The notes beneath the pieces were generated by a model that saw only the letters and a list, made by a program, of their open reading frames with translations, did not search any database and was not told where the DNA came from. A stretch of 64,000 bases of DNA. Source: an uncultured bacterium. Its GTDB lineage: Bacteria; Patescibacteriota; Minisyncoccia; UBA6257; GWB1-50-10. The stretch is taken from positions 281,903 through 345,902 of the forward strand of contig CAVYJB010000001.1 in the NCBI GenBank assembly GCA_963768835.1, written 5' to 3'. Position numbers and translations under genes: made by a program. Shown here piece by piece: positions 8,526 to 16,342 of this stretch (position 1 is the first letter of the stretch; every line of letters starts with the position of its first letter).

Positions 8526-8585
8526 AACCTAGAAACCCTGATACCATCGGGGTTTCTTTTTGCACCCCTACGGGATGTTGGAACT
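8521..8585 (+). repeat. Left-arm repeat copy B
   Basis: Homologous to 7378-7442, including the terminator hairpin and the terminal GTTGGAACT. Confidence 0.9.
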
Positions 8586-8688
8586 ACTCAAGATTTTTAT
8601 AAAAATCGGCGGGCCTCACTCTCGTTATAGGGAGTTGACGCTCAAAGAGGTCGGAGTCTTATCCGACTTAAGCTGGGTTATCCTAAAA

Positions 8689-9447
8689 TTATTTTATACC
8701 CACTATTCCTGTAACATCCAACGGCCGTTCCATAAAACCATTAATCAGTCTTCTCTTGCAATGTTCCGCAAGCGCCTTGCGTGCTTGATCCTTTTTATCT
8801 TCTGAAACTAGGTTCCACAGACTCACTGACTGAAAATAGGCAATCGCGTGGTCGAGCGTAAAATGCTCGCTAACTTCTTTTTTCTCCTTGGTGACTTTTT
8901 GGAACCCACCCTCCTGAAGAATATTCTCCGGGTCATAATGCCTCTTTGCATCGGGAATTTCGCATGAAATAAATGGTTTTAATATCATACGGTATTCCTT
9001 TTTGAAATTGCCGGAATCGTTCTTGTTCACTACGAAAAATATTCCACCGGGCTTCAATACCCTCTTTATCTCTTTCACTGATTCCCTGTCACAGAACCAA
9101 TGAAATGCACTAAAGGCAGTAACCGCATCAAACGTTTCGTTGGAAAATGGCAGATGATTTGCAGGAGCGATGCAGTACGTTGCCTCACTTTCGTTTTTTT
9201 CTTCTGCAATCCGAATCATCTCCGGATCATTGTCGGCCCCGAAAATCTTTGCACTAGGCCGTAACAATTGCCGGGTCGAAATCCCCGTCCCACATCCAAG
9301 GTCTAACACCTTCGGCTGTTCACAGACGACTAATCGCCAAAAGCAATCAATAGTCTCTTGAGGAAATCCTTGTCGGGCTTCATCGTATTGCTTCCCTAGA
9401 TTTCCAAACTTTCCGTACCCTGGTTTTGCCTTGGTCACTTGTCGCAC
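8689..9447 (-). CDS. Class I SAM-dependent methyltransferase
   Basis: VLDLGCGTGISTR, FDAVTAFSAFHWF and IKRVLKPGG; GTG start. Confidence 0.9.
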   Translation of the reverse strand: MRQVTKAKPGYGKFGNLGKQYDEARQGFPQETIDCFWRLVVCEQPKVLDLGCGTGISTRQLLRPSAKIFGADNDPEMIRIAEEKNESEATYCIAPANHLPFSNETFDAVTAFSAFHWFCDRESVKEIKRVLKPGGIFFVVNKNDSGNFKKEYRMILKPFISCEIPDAKRHYDPENILQEGGFQKVTKEKKEVSEHFTLDHAIAYFQSVSLWNLVSEDKKDQARKALAEHCKRRLINGFMERPLDVTGIVGIK

Positions 9448-9480
9448 AGTTATATTCTACCACGCGGCTCCCTTCAGATA

Positions 9481-9508
9481 TTGACAAAATATAAATATAA
9501 TGTATTAT
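9481..9508 (+). promoter_or_regulatory. Candidate sigma70 promoter of the citrate-synthase-like/cytidylyltransferase pair
   Basis: TTGACA-N16-TATTAT in the AT-rich divergent spacer. Confidence 0.55.
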
Positions 9509-9573
9509 GTGCGCAGAAACAGAGCCTATTAAGGGCTTTAACAATTCATTTAGACAACTGAGAGGGGTATTGT

Positions 9574-10325
9574 ATGGAACGTCTAGCACGGTGGCAATCT
9601 CATATCACGAGTGTTCGAAGGGATAGGCTCGTGACCTACAGCGTCAATCAGGAGAAGATAATAAGAACGTTCTCGTATGAGGCGATGGTCTACTTCTTGT
9701 TGTTTGGAAAACAACCGTCGCGCGTCACGGCAAGGATGCTCCGAGCCGTCATTCTATCCCACTGCAGCCATGGTATTACCGGACAAAGCACACTTGCGGT
9801 TCGCATGGCGACCGATTGTCGTTCGCCGTTTCTCAACGCCGCGCTAGGAGGGTTCTTGTTGGTTCAGGCACCTTTCATCAAGGAGGACTCGAGATGGCGA
9901 TGAAAGAGCTCCAATCTGCGCTAGCAGCTCCGAGTATTGAGAAATATATTGCCGACAAGCTCTCAAGGAAGCAAATAGTCTACGGTTACGGGCATCGTTT
10001 TCACAAACATGATCCGCGCGCCCGTTGCTTAATGCAATTGTGTCGCCGGCATTCTTTCCTGGGTCCTCACGTAAGGGCGGCAATGAAGATTGACCAAATT
10101 CTGGGAAAGAGGAAGCAGATTCACATGAACATCGAAGCAGCGTGTGGATCTATTCTCCTGGATATAGGATTCCCGTCGGAGATCGCCGCGTTAATCATAC
10201 TCATCGGTCGAGGTCCAATGTTCGCCGCAGCGTACATGGAGCGACTTGCATCCTCACGAAAAACCTTCCAGAAGGTAAAGGTGTTTGATCTTATACCAAC
10301 ACGAAGAGGGCGACGACATGCCTAG
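9574..10325 (+). pseudogene. Citrate synthase/citryl-CoA lyase-like protein, split by an apparent 1-nt deletion near 9850-9855
   Basis: N-half: SYEAMVYFLLFGKQP...SHGITGQSTLAVR. C-half in the -1 frame: GSGTFHQGG...VYGYGHRFHKHDPRA...MNIEAACG. Adding one base gives a single ~250-aa ORF. Confidence 0.75.
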
Positions 10326-11031
10326 ATCATTGGTGTATGCGGTAATCCCAGCGCGTGGCGGATCAAAAGGACTCCGTGGGAAGAATCTCAGGTTGCTCCA
10401 CGGCCAACCGCTCATCAGTTACATCATTCGTGCCGCGCTTCAAGCACAAACAATCGACAGGGTATTCGTCTCAACAGAGAACGATGAAATAGCGAGGGTT
10501 GCCATGCGGTACGGAGCGAAGGTCATTCGACATCCCAAGTCGCTTTCGACCTCAACCACGTCAACGTTCGGCGTCATCCGGCGTGCGGCAAAAATATTCA
10601 AAAAGAAGTGGCGCCGCCCCGACGTATTGGTGACCATGCGGGCGACTTCCCCACTTTGTGAGCCAACTGACGTCGATAATGCCGTAAGGCTGCTCTTCAG
10701 AAAAAATGCTGATTCGGTAGTAAGTGTCGCAAAGTCTGACGTTCACCCTCTCCGGATGCTCAGGAAGAATCGAAAGAAGGAGCTGGAGCATTTCGACAAG
10801 CGGAGTAGCGAACGGAATTTTCCCCATCGCCGTCAGTCGTTCGGTGACGTGTACATCAGGAATGGTGCAATCTACGCCACGAGGACTGAGGTTATCGAAA
10901 GGGGCAGCCTGTGGGGGAAACATTGTGTTCCTTATGTGATGCCGAAAGAGCGTTCTGTGAACATCAACGACTGGATTGACTTCTTGCTAGCGGAATCGCT
11001 TCTAAAGCAACGCGTAAAGCCGCTATCGTGA
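10318..11031 (+). CDS. Acylneuraminate cytidylyltransferase family (NeuA/CMP-sialic acid synthetase-like)
   Basis: VIPARGGSKGLRGKNLR, ATSPL, YIRNGAIY and SVNINDWIDFLLAE. Confidence 0.9.
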   Translation: MPRSLVYAVIPARGGSKGLRGKNLRLLHGQPLISYIIRAALQAQTIDRVFVSTENDEIARVAMRYGAKVIRHPKSLSTSTTSTFGVIRRAAKIFKKKWRRPDVLVTMRATSPLCEPTDVDNAVRLLFRKNADSVVSVAKSDVHPLRMLRKNRKKELEHFDKRSSERNFPHRRQSFGDVYIRNGAIYATRTEVIERGSLWGKHCVPYVMPKERSVNINDWIDFLLAESLLKQRVKPLS

Positions 11032-11048
11032 TACGATAGCGGCTTTTT
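11016..11048 (+). terminator. Terminator after the cytidylyltransferase gene
   Basis: AAAGCCGCTATCGT-GAT-ACGATAGCGGCTTT-TT. Confidence 0.8.
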
Positions 11049-11120
11049 ATTCCAGAATATAGTGAGACTGAAACAGATTTTATTATTCTCCAGTCGCAGT
11101 GTCAGGTACGGTACCTAAAC

Positions 11121-11192
11121 CCAGCCTCGCCACGAAAACAGAGTCCTTCTGCCTTCGTATCGCAGTTCCAATAGCGTCCACGAGAGCGCGCA
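11121..11192 (+). repeat. 72-bp cassette-end repeat R2 (att-like)
   Basis: Ends in GTTCCAATAGCGTCCACGAGAGCGCGCA; ungapped against R1. Confidence 0.92.
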
Positions 11193-11233
11193 AATGTTTT
11201 TTGCCGCCTCCTTTGTGGGGCGGCATGAAGCAT

Positions 11234-12741
11234 CTATCGGTCTTGCGTGTTACAAATATCCGGACGCCAGCGTGGTAGATTAAGCGCCGACCACTCGGTT
11301 ACGCCACCCTTGATACTGTAAGCTCTAACGCCCTCTCTCGCAGGAGCGCCGCCACAACCCTTGCCCGTATTCCCATGGGACACACGAGGAGCACCTCCCG
11401 ATTTTTCCATTGTTTTGAAAACTTCGAAAGATTACCAGTAATAGCATTCGAATCCATACGCTTTGACCCGGGGAGACGGAAGTGGATAAATTCTCCATGC
11501 GGCCGGACATCGATAATGGATACTCCTTGCCGCAGGGCAACATCATGGCCCTCCTTGATCTGCGCCCACGCTTTTTGGGGAGGTACCGGGTACGCCATTT
11601 CATATGCGTCGCGAGGATCCACATCGAAGCCTAAGAAGGTGGTCCCGGTCTTCCGCTTCGGAGGTCTTATCTCCCCGGGCTTGTTCATCAGTAGTTCCTC
11701 GTGTTCAATGCCTGGGAAATGGGAGGCATCGAGATACTCAAAGTACTCCTCGATATACGGGAACGGACCGTCGGGGCAGATGAAAACCGCGACAATTTCA
11801 CCGTTCTTGCCCCGCAAATCATTAAGCCCTCCTTCGCTCTTCCGCTTTGAGAAAAACTGCAGCAACCCTTGAAGCGCGAGGCCGGAACTTGGCCCGGCGA
11901 CAACGCCCGCCCGGCACAATTCCAAGCTCTTTTCGTACGATTCTTTCGTACCGACCTCTTCGATATGATCGGTCGCCTGTCGCCAGTCGAAAGCGATTTC
12001 TCGGAGAAGATTCGGGGTTCTCACCCCCGGCACGGGATTATTGGGGAGCCGCGCAACACCGACTCTCACGATCTTCGTTGTTCGTTTCTTGAGATACCCT
12101 CCGGCGCCCACCATCGTTCCCGTCGTACCGAGACCGGAGCAGAATACGCGGATCTTCCCTTCCGTCTGTTCCCATATCTGCGGCCCCGTCCATCGTTCGT
12201 GCGCACCCGGGTTCGCTTCGTTGTCATACTGCCCCGGGTTGAACCATCCCCTACGCCTGCCGATTCGCTTCGCCCTGTAGATGCCGCTCTCCTTATCCGC
12301 AGGATCCGGACAGATCGGCTCCTTGTTCACTACGATCTCCGTCCCAAAGAAGCGGAGTAGTTGGAGCTTGCCCCACGTTACCTCGTGCGACACGATGGCC
12401 CTTGTTTTCGGGATCCCGAACAGCCTCCCGATCACCGCCAAGGAGAAAACGGTGTTTCCAGAGGAGTTTTCGATCAGCGACCGTATACCGCCCAATCCCT
12501 TGGTGCCCCCTCGTTCGAGAAGCATGTTATAGGCCGGAAGAGATTTCACGTTCGCGAGCGGCAGGAAATTCATAAGCTTCGCAAAGACGCGAACTCCGTC
12601 TTCGGCAAATGGGTTGAGATGCGACGGAATCTCCACCAACGGGAGGGGCGGGCTGCGGTCGGGATTCAGGAAATCCTTCACAGCCTCCGGACCGGCGAAG
12701 ACGTTAAACGGTTTTTCGGTTTTGGGAGCGTGTTTTGACAT
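11234..12741 (-). CDS. PLP-dependent cysteine synthase-family protein fused to a C-terminal rhodanese; apparent 1-nt deletion at 11331-11333
   Basis: FAKLMNFLPLANVKSLPA, ENSSGNT, GLGTTGT and GPSSG; rhodanese IIDVR...VCPMGIRA. The shifted frame continues GVRAYSIKGGVTEWSALNLP...* to 11234 (the as-given ORF stops at 11299). Confidence 0.82.
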
Positions 12742-13696
12742 AGTTCTCAAAATCGAACGTTTCGTCTATCTGCTTCGTGAGGTCGCCGTACCGTTCGGCG
12801 ATAAACCCCTGCGCAACGTAGCGACGGTGTAGCTCGTAAAGCTTCCGAAGCCGCTTTTTGTAGTCCGGAGTGATTGAGAAAAGCCTTCTTTCGATGTGCG
12901 CCAACAGGGTTTTATTTTCTCCTTCCAACAAATCGACGTTCAGCGCACCGCCTTCCTGGTCCTTCCTACGTAGATATGCAGATTCTTTGAAAAGCCCGAG
13001 GAGTTTTTCCGCCGGGATGGCTTTCTTTATGAATTCCGCGTCAGTTTGGGACCGCACCTTGTTGCCAACCACAAAGAGTGAATCGTAGACCCCCGCTTCT
13101 AGGGCAAGCTTCCGGTATTGCTCGAATACCTCGAGGCCCCGCTTCGTCGGCTCAACGGTGAGCACGAGCATCTCGAATTGCGCGTGGAGCGTGTTTGCAA
13201 AGGCATCAATCCCAGCGACCATATCGGTCACAACGACGCCAGAAGCATCCGCAAGGTGAGAGAGGATGTTCTCAAGGATTGCGAGATTGTTGTGATAACA
13301 GCTGGCGCCGATCTCCTCGCTATCGTAGGTTCCGACGACCAGCAACCGCAGTTTCTCATCGCCCGAGCCAAATCGGGAAAGGACGGGGTCCTGAGGATCG
13401 TCCAAATATATGAGATTCGATTCGGCGGTAGGCGGGGTCGTTTTGCGGAATTGCGCAAGGCCTTTAATGCGTGTATTCCCGCCTTTTAAGTGCGTCTTGA
13501 TGACCCTTGCCGCATCGGGATGCGAGATATGCCTCTCAATCGGCAGCTCGGCTTCAAACCCCAAGAGCCCCCCGAGGTGCATATTCAAATCCGCGTCAAT
13601 GGCGAGCACCGGATGTTTCCTATTGATATATTCGGCAAAGAGAGCGGCCAGCGTTGTTTTCCCCGAACCTCCCTTGCCTACAAAAGCAATCCTCAT
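12704..13696 (-). CDS. CooC/MinD-like P-loop ATPase
   Basis: MRIAFVGKGGSGKTT, VLAIDAD, GASCYH, DMVAG and VVGNKV. Confidence 0.85.
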   Translation of the reverse strand: MRIAFVGKGGSGKTTLAALFAEYINRKHPVLAIDADLNMHLGGLLGFEAELPIERHISHPDAARVIKTHLKGGNTRIKGLAQFRKTTPPTAESNLIYLDDPQDPVLSRFGSGDEKLRLLVVGTYDSEEIGASCYHNNLAILENILSHLADASGVVVTDMVAGIDAFANTLHAQFEMLVLTVEPTKRGLEVFEQYRKLALEAGVYDSLFVVGNKVRSQTDAEFIKKAIPAEKLLGLFKESAYLRRKDQEGGALNVDLLEGENKTLLAHIERRLFSITPDYKKRLRKLYELHRRYVAQGFIAERYGDLTKQIDETFDFENYVKTRSQNRKTV

Positions 13697-13737
13697 GCCC
13701 CTAACGATACAGACCACACTCTTCGAATACAAGTTAT

Positions 13738-13765
13738 TTGCAAGTAGTTTGCATTTAGATATAAT
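13738..13765 (+). promoter_or_regulatory. Promoter overlapped by a Fur-family-box-like palindrome
   Basis: TTGCAA-N16-TATAAT; TGCAA-N5-TTGCA at 13739-13753 between the divergent ATPase and Fur genes. Confidence 0.6.
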
Positions 13766-13771
13766 GGGAAA

Positions 13772-14236
13772 ATGCCAAAGAAAGATTTTTTCCGCGACAT
13801 ATTGAGAAAAAGCGGCTATAAAGCAACACCTTCCCGGCTCGCGATTCTTGGCGTCTTTAAGGAAACGAGAAATCCGATGAGCGCCCAGGAGATTATCGAC
13901 GCGCTTCCCTCGGATACCGACCAGGCCACCGTCTATCGGACGCTCAAGCTATTGAATGAGAAAGGAGTCATCAAGCAAATCGACCTGCGGCACAACCATG
14001 CCCATTACGAACTTGCCGACCTGAAGGAGCACCATCACTTGGTGTGCGTGCGCTGCGGTAGGATCGAGGACGTGCACCACTGCGGCGCCCTGGCTGTTCA
14101 GGACGCAGTTCTCAAGAGCTCGAGGCACTTTGCGGAAATCAGCAGCCATTCGCTTGAGTTCTATGGCATTTGCACTGCCTGCGTCAAAAAAAGCGAGGCT
14201 GCGCATGTCGCTCCCCATCGCAGTGCACCGCTCTAG
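13772..14236 (+). CDS. Fur-family transcriptional regulator
   Basis: GYKATPSRLAIL, ATVYRTL, HHHLVCVRCG and LEFYGICTAC. Confidence 0.93.
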   Translation: MPKKDFFRDILRKSGYKATPSRLAILGVFKETRNPMSAQEIIDALPSDTDQATVYRTLKLLNEKGVIKQIDLRHNHAHYELADLKEHHHLVCVRCGRIEDVHHCGALAVQDAVLKSSRHFAEISSHSLEFYGICTACVKKSEAAHVAPHRSAPL

Positions 14237-14246
14237 TAGACCACCC

Positions 14247-15431
14247 ATGAAGCATTTCATTCGACACCTGAATCGTCGTCGGAGAATGTACCTTGAGATA
14301 GCTCTTGCGGTCATCGTCATTGTCGGGTGTTCCCTCTTGTATCGCGCGGAGGAAACGAACATTGATGCCTATCTCGCGACGACATTCCCAAGCCCTGCGA
14401 TCAGTCTCGGTGAGGTTATCTCGGTCAGCCCAGCGACAGGTACGATAGGTGCCTATCCCACCTCCCACGTCTCGGTATTATTGCTGACGGGCATGGATAC
14501 AGGAACGACAACCCAGATTACCAGCCAGTCAGGGGATAGTTCGGTCAAGAATAGCTATCTCCAAGTGGTCCCGGGCGAGAAGGTCCTCCTCGCGAAAGAC
14601 GACATGAGTCGTTCTGGCGGAGAGTCCTACTACATCACCGACCGATTCCGATTACCGGCGATCCTTTTTATCATCCTTCTGTTTGTTGCGGTGGCGGTAC
14701 TGTTCGGGCGACTACGGGGATTCACCTCTATTGTGGGATTTGGAATAAGCGTCGGAGTGCTTGGATGGTACGTGGTGCCCCAAATTCTGGAGGGCACCGA
14801 TCCCCTCACCGCTTGTCTTATCGGAGCAGCGGGGATTGCACTCGTATCGCTCTACCTTGCACACGGGTTCAACACGCGAACGACTCTCGCGCTCTGTGGG
14901 ACATTAATTGCACTGGCCGTTTCTGCACTCCTCGCCATTCTTTTCGTCTCAGCTTCGCGGCTCGTCGGTCTGGCGACCGAAGAGTCGTTCGCGGTGGCAA
15001 TCGGGAACGGCACCAGTTTAAGCCTCAGGGGCATTCTTCTCGGAGGCATCATTATTGGGACTCTTGGCGTATTGGACGACGTGACGATCGGACAGTCCGC
15101 CACGGTCGCAGAACTCAATGATGCCAACCCAACACTGGGCTTCAGGGAGTTGTATCGGCGGGGAATGTCGGTGGGTCGAGAGCACATCGCCTCACTCATC
15201 AACACGTTGTTCCTCGCGTACGCGGGTGTTGCCCTGCCGATCATCCTCTATATTGCAGCTTTCCAGAGCAAAATCCCGCTATGGCTCACGGTGAACGGTG
15301 AACCAATCGCCGAGGAGATTGTCCGCACCATGGTGGGGAGCATCGGCATCATCTTTGCTGTTCCTATCACCACGGTTCTCGCGGCTTACTACTACGGCAA
15401 ACACATACATAGAAAGAAAGAGGGTGTATAA
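14247..15431 (+). CDS. YibE/F-family multi-pass membrane protein
   Basis: GILLGGIIIGTLGVLDDVTIGQ, GMSVGREHIASLINTLFLAYAG and EEIVRTMVGSIG. Confidence 0.88.
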   Translation: MKHFIRHLNRRRRMYLEIALAVIVIVGCSLLYRAEETNIDAYLATTFPSPAISLGEVISVSPATGTIGAYPTSHVSVLLLTGMDTGTTTQITSQSGDSSVKNSYLQVVPGEKVLLAKDDMSRSGGESYYITDRFRLPAILFIILLFVAVAVLFGRLRGFTSIVGFGISVGVLGWYVVPQILEGTDPLTACLIGAAGIALVSLYLAHGFNTRTTLALCGTLIALAVSALLAILFVSASRLVGLATEESFAVAIGNGTSLSLRGILLGGIIIGTLGVLDDVTIGQSATVAELNDANPTLGFRELYRRGMSVGREHIASLINTLFLAYAGVALPIILYIAAFQSKIPLWLTVNGEPIAEEIVRTMVGSIGIIFAVPITTVLAAYYYGKHIHRKKEGV

Positions 15432-15464
15432 TAAAGAAAAGGTCGTGGGAGTATTCTCATAACC

Positions 15465-15605
15465 ATGCCAAAGAAAGCGAAGAAGAAGGTGCGGAAAACG
15501 GGACCTAAGCATATGTACCTCTGCGCGTGCGGTCGCGGCACATGTCGATGCCGCCCCTGCAAGTGCAAGTGCAAGAAGGGGGTCTGCGTGTGCGTTTGTA
15601 AGTGA
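15465..15605 (+). CDS. 46-aa Lys/Cys-rich metallothionein-like peptide (not in the ORF track)
   Basis: MPKKAKKKVRKTGPKHMYLCACGRGTCRCRPCKCKCKKGVCVCVCK*; 10 Cys in CxC motifs; TATAAT upstream (15427-15432) and a terminator immediately downstream. Confidence 0.75.
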   Translation: MPKKAKKKVRKTGPKHMYLCACGRGTCRCRPCKCKCKKGVCVCVCK

Positions 15606-15613
15606 AAACCACG

Positions 15614-15640
15614 GCCGCCAGGGAGATCCTGGCGGTTTTT
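15614..15640 (+). terminator. Terminator after the Cys-rich peptide
   Basis: GCCGCCAGG-GAGAT-CCTGGCGGT-TTTT. Confidence 0.75.
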
Positions 15641-15671
15641 GGTTACAAGAGGGATGTCCGAATCAGCACGC

Positions 15672-16052
15672 CTACATAGATCCCAAGTAAAGCAAAACCA
15701 AGCCCAGAAGAAAGGCAACGATTCCTCCGAAGATGAGTACGCCCTCCTTGTTGCACTTCTGATACAGCGTAACGGCGGGGCCAGGAAGGAGAAGGAGAAA
15801 AGCTCCTTTGATGACCGTGAGCCACCCAAGGACCGTGATGAGTAACGGGAGACCGGAGGTCCAGGTGTTGTTCATCACGACAATCACGGCACCCATGGTC
15901 AAAATGAGGAAGCTCCACAGCCACAAGAATCCACGGTCCTGAGTTACCTTTCCAAGGGCGGTCGACATAGTCTTTCTGTCGATCACCACTGATAGACCCA
16001 TGACCGCGAAAATAATACCCAGTGCCTGAGTGATAGCGACGGCGACGTTCAT
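15672..16052 (-). CDS. Small 4-TM membrane protein
   Basis: Hydrophobic 126-aa ORF with LLITVLGWLTVIKGAFLLLLP. Confidence 0.75.
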   Translation of the reverse strand: MNVAVAITQALGIIFAVMGLSVVIDRKTMSTALGKVTQDRGFLWLWSFLILTMGAVIVVMNNTWTSGLPLLITVLGWLTVIKGAFLLLLPGPAVTLYQKCNKEGVLIFGGIVAFLLGLVLLYLGSM

Positions 16053-16182
16053 ATATTTTATGTTAGTGGTAACGATACACCACCGGCCTTTCTATTATTA
16101 TAACGCTATTGGGAACATTCGCTCCGCGGGTACGATCCGGACCCACTCTAACCCATCGACCGTTGACTAAGTCCGTTTGCAG

Positions 16183-16254
16183 CCAGGTCCGGTATACGAA
16201 TAGGCTCCTTCTGCTCCCGTATTCTGGTTCCAATAGCGTCCACGAGGGCGCGCA
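16183..16254 (+). repeat. 72-bp cassette-end repeat R3 (att-like)
   Basis: Ends in GTTCCAATAGCGTCCACGAGGGCGCGCA; 5' half closest to R0. Confidence 0.9.
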
Positions 16255-16278
16255 CTAATAATTGATCTAGCTAGATAT

Positions 16279-16308
16279 AAAAACCGCCGAAATTTACTCG
16301 GCGGTTTC
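16279..16308. terminator. Bidirectional terminator hairpin
   Basis: AAACCGCCGA-AATTTAC-TCGGCGGTTT. Confidence 0.7.
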
Positions 16309-16342
16309 TATTTTATCCTGCCTGAATATCTGAATATTACTC

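Larger units (their letters stand above)
7383..16254. mobile_element. tRNA-Asp-anchored tandem array of three cargo cassettes (7383-8525, 8526-11192, 11193-16254); no integrase in the array
   Basis: Three 72-bp direct repeats ending CGCGCA like the tRNA end; duplicated 65-bp left arm; visibly more AT-rich cargo with its own promoters and terminators. Confidence 0.72.

Noticed and set aside
8454-16254. 72-bp repeats as a CRISPR array or classical integron attC sites
   Set aside because: The spacing is kilobases with whole genes between copies, there are no cas genes, and I see no RYYYAAC...GTTRRRY attC boundaries or intI.
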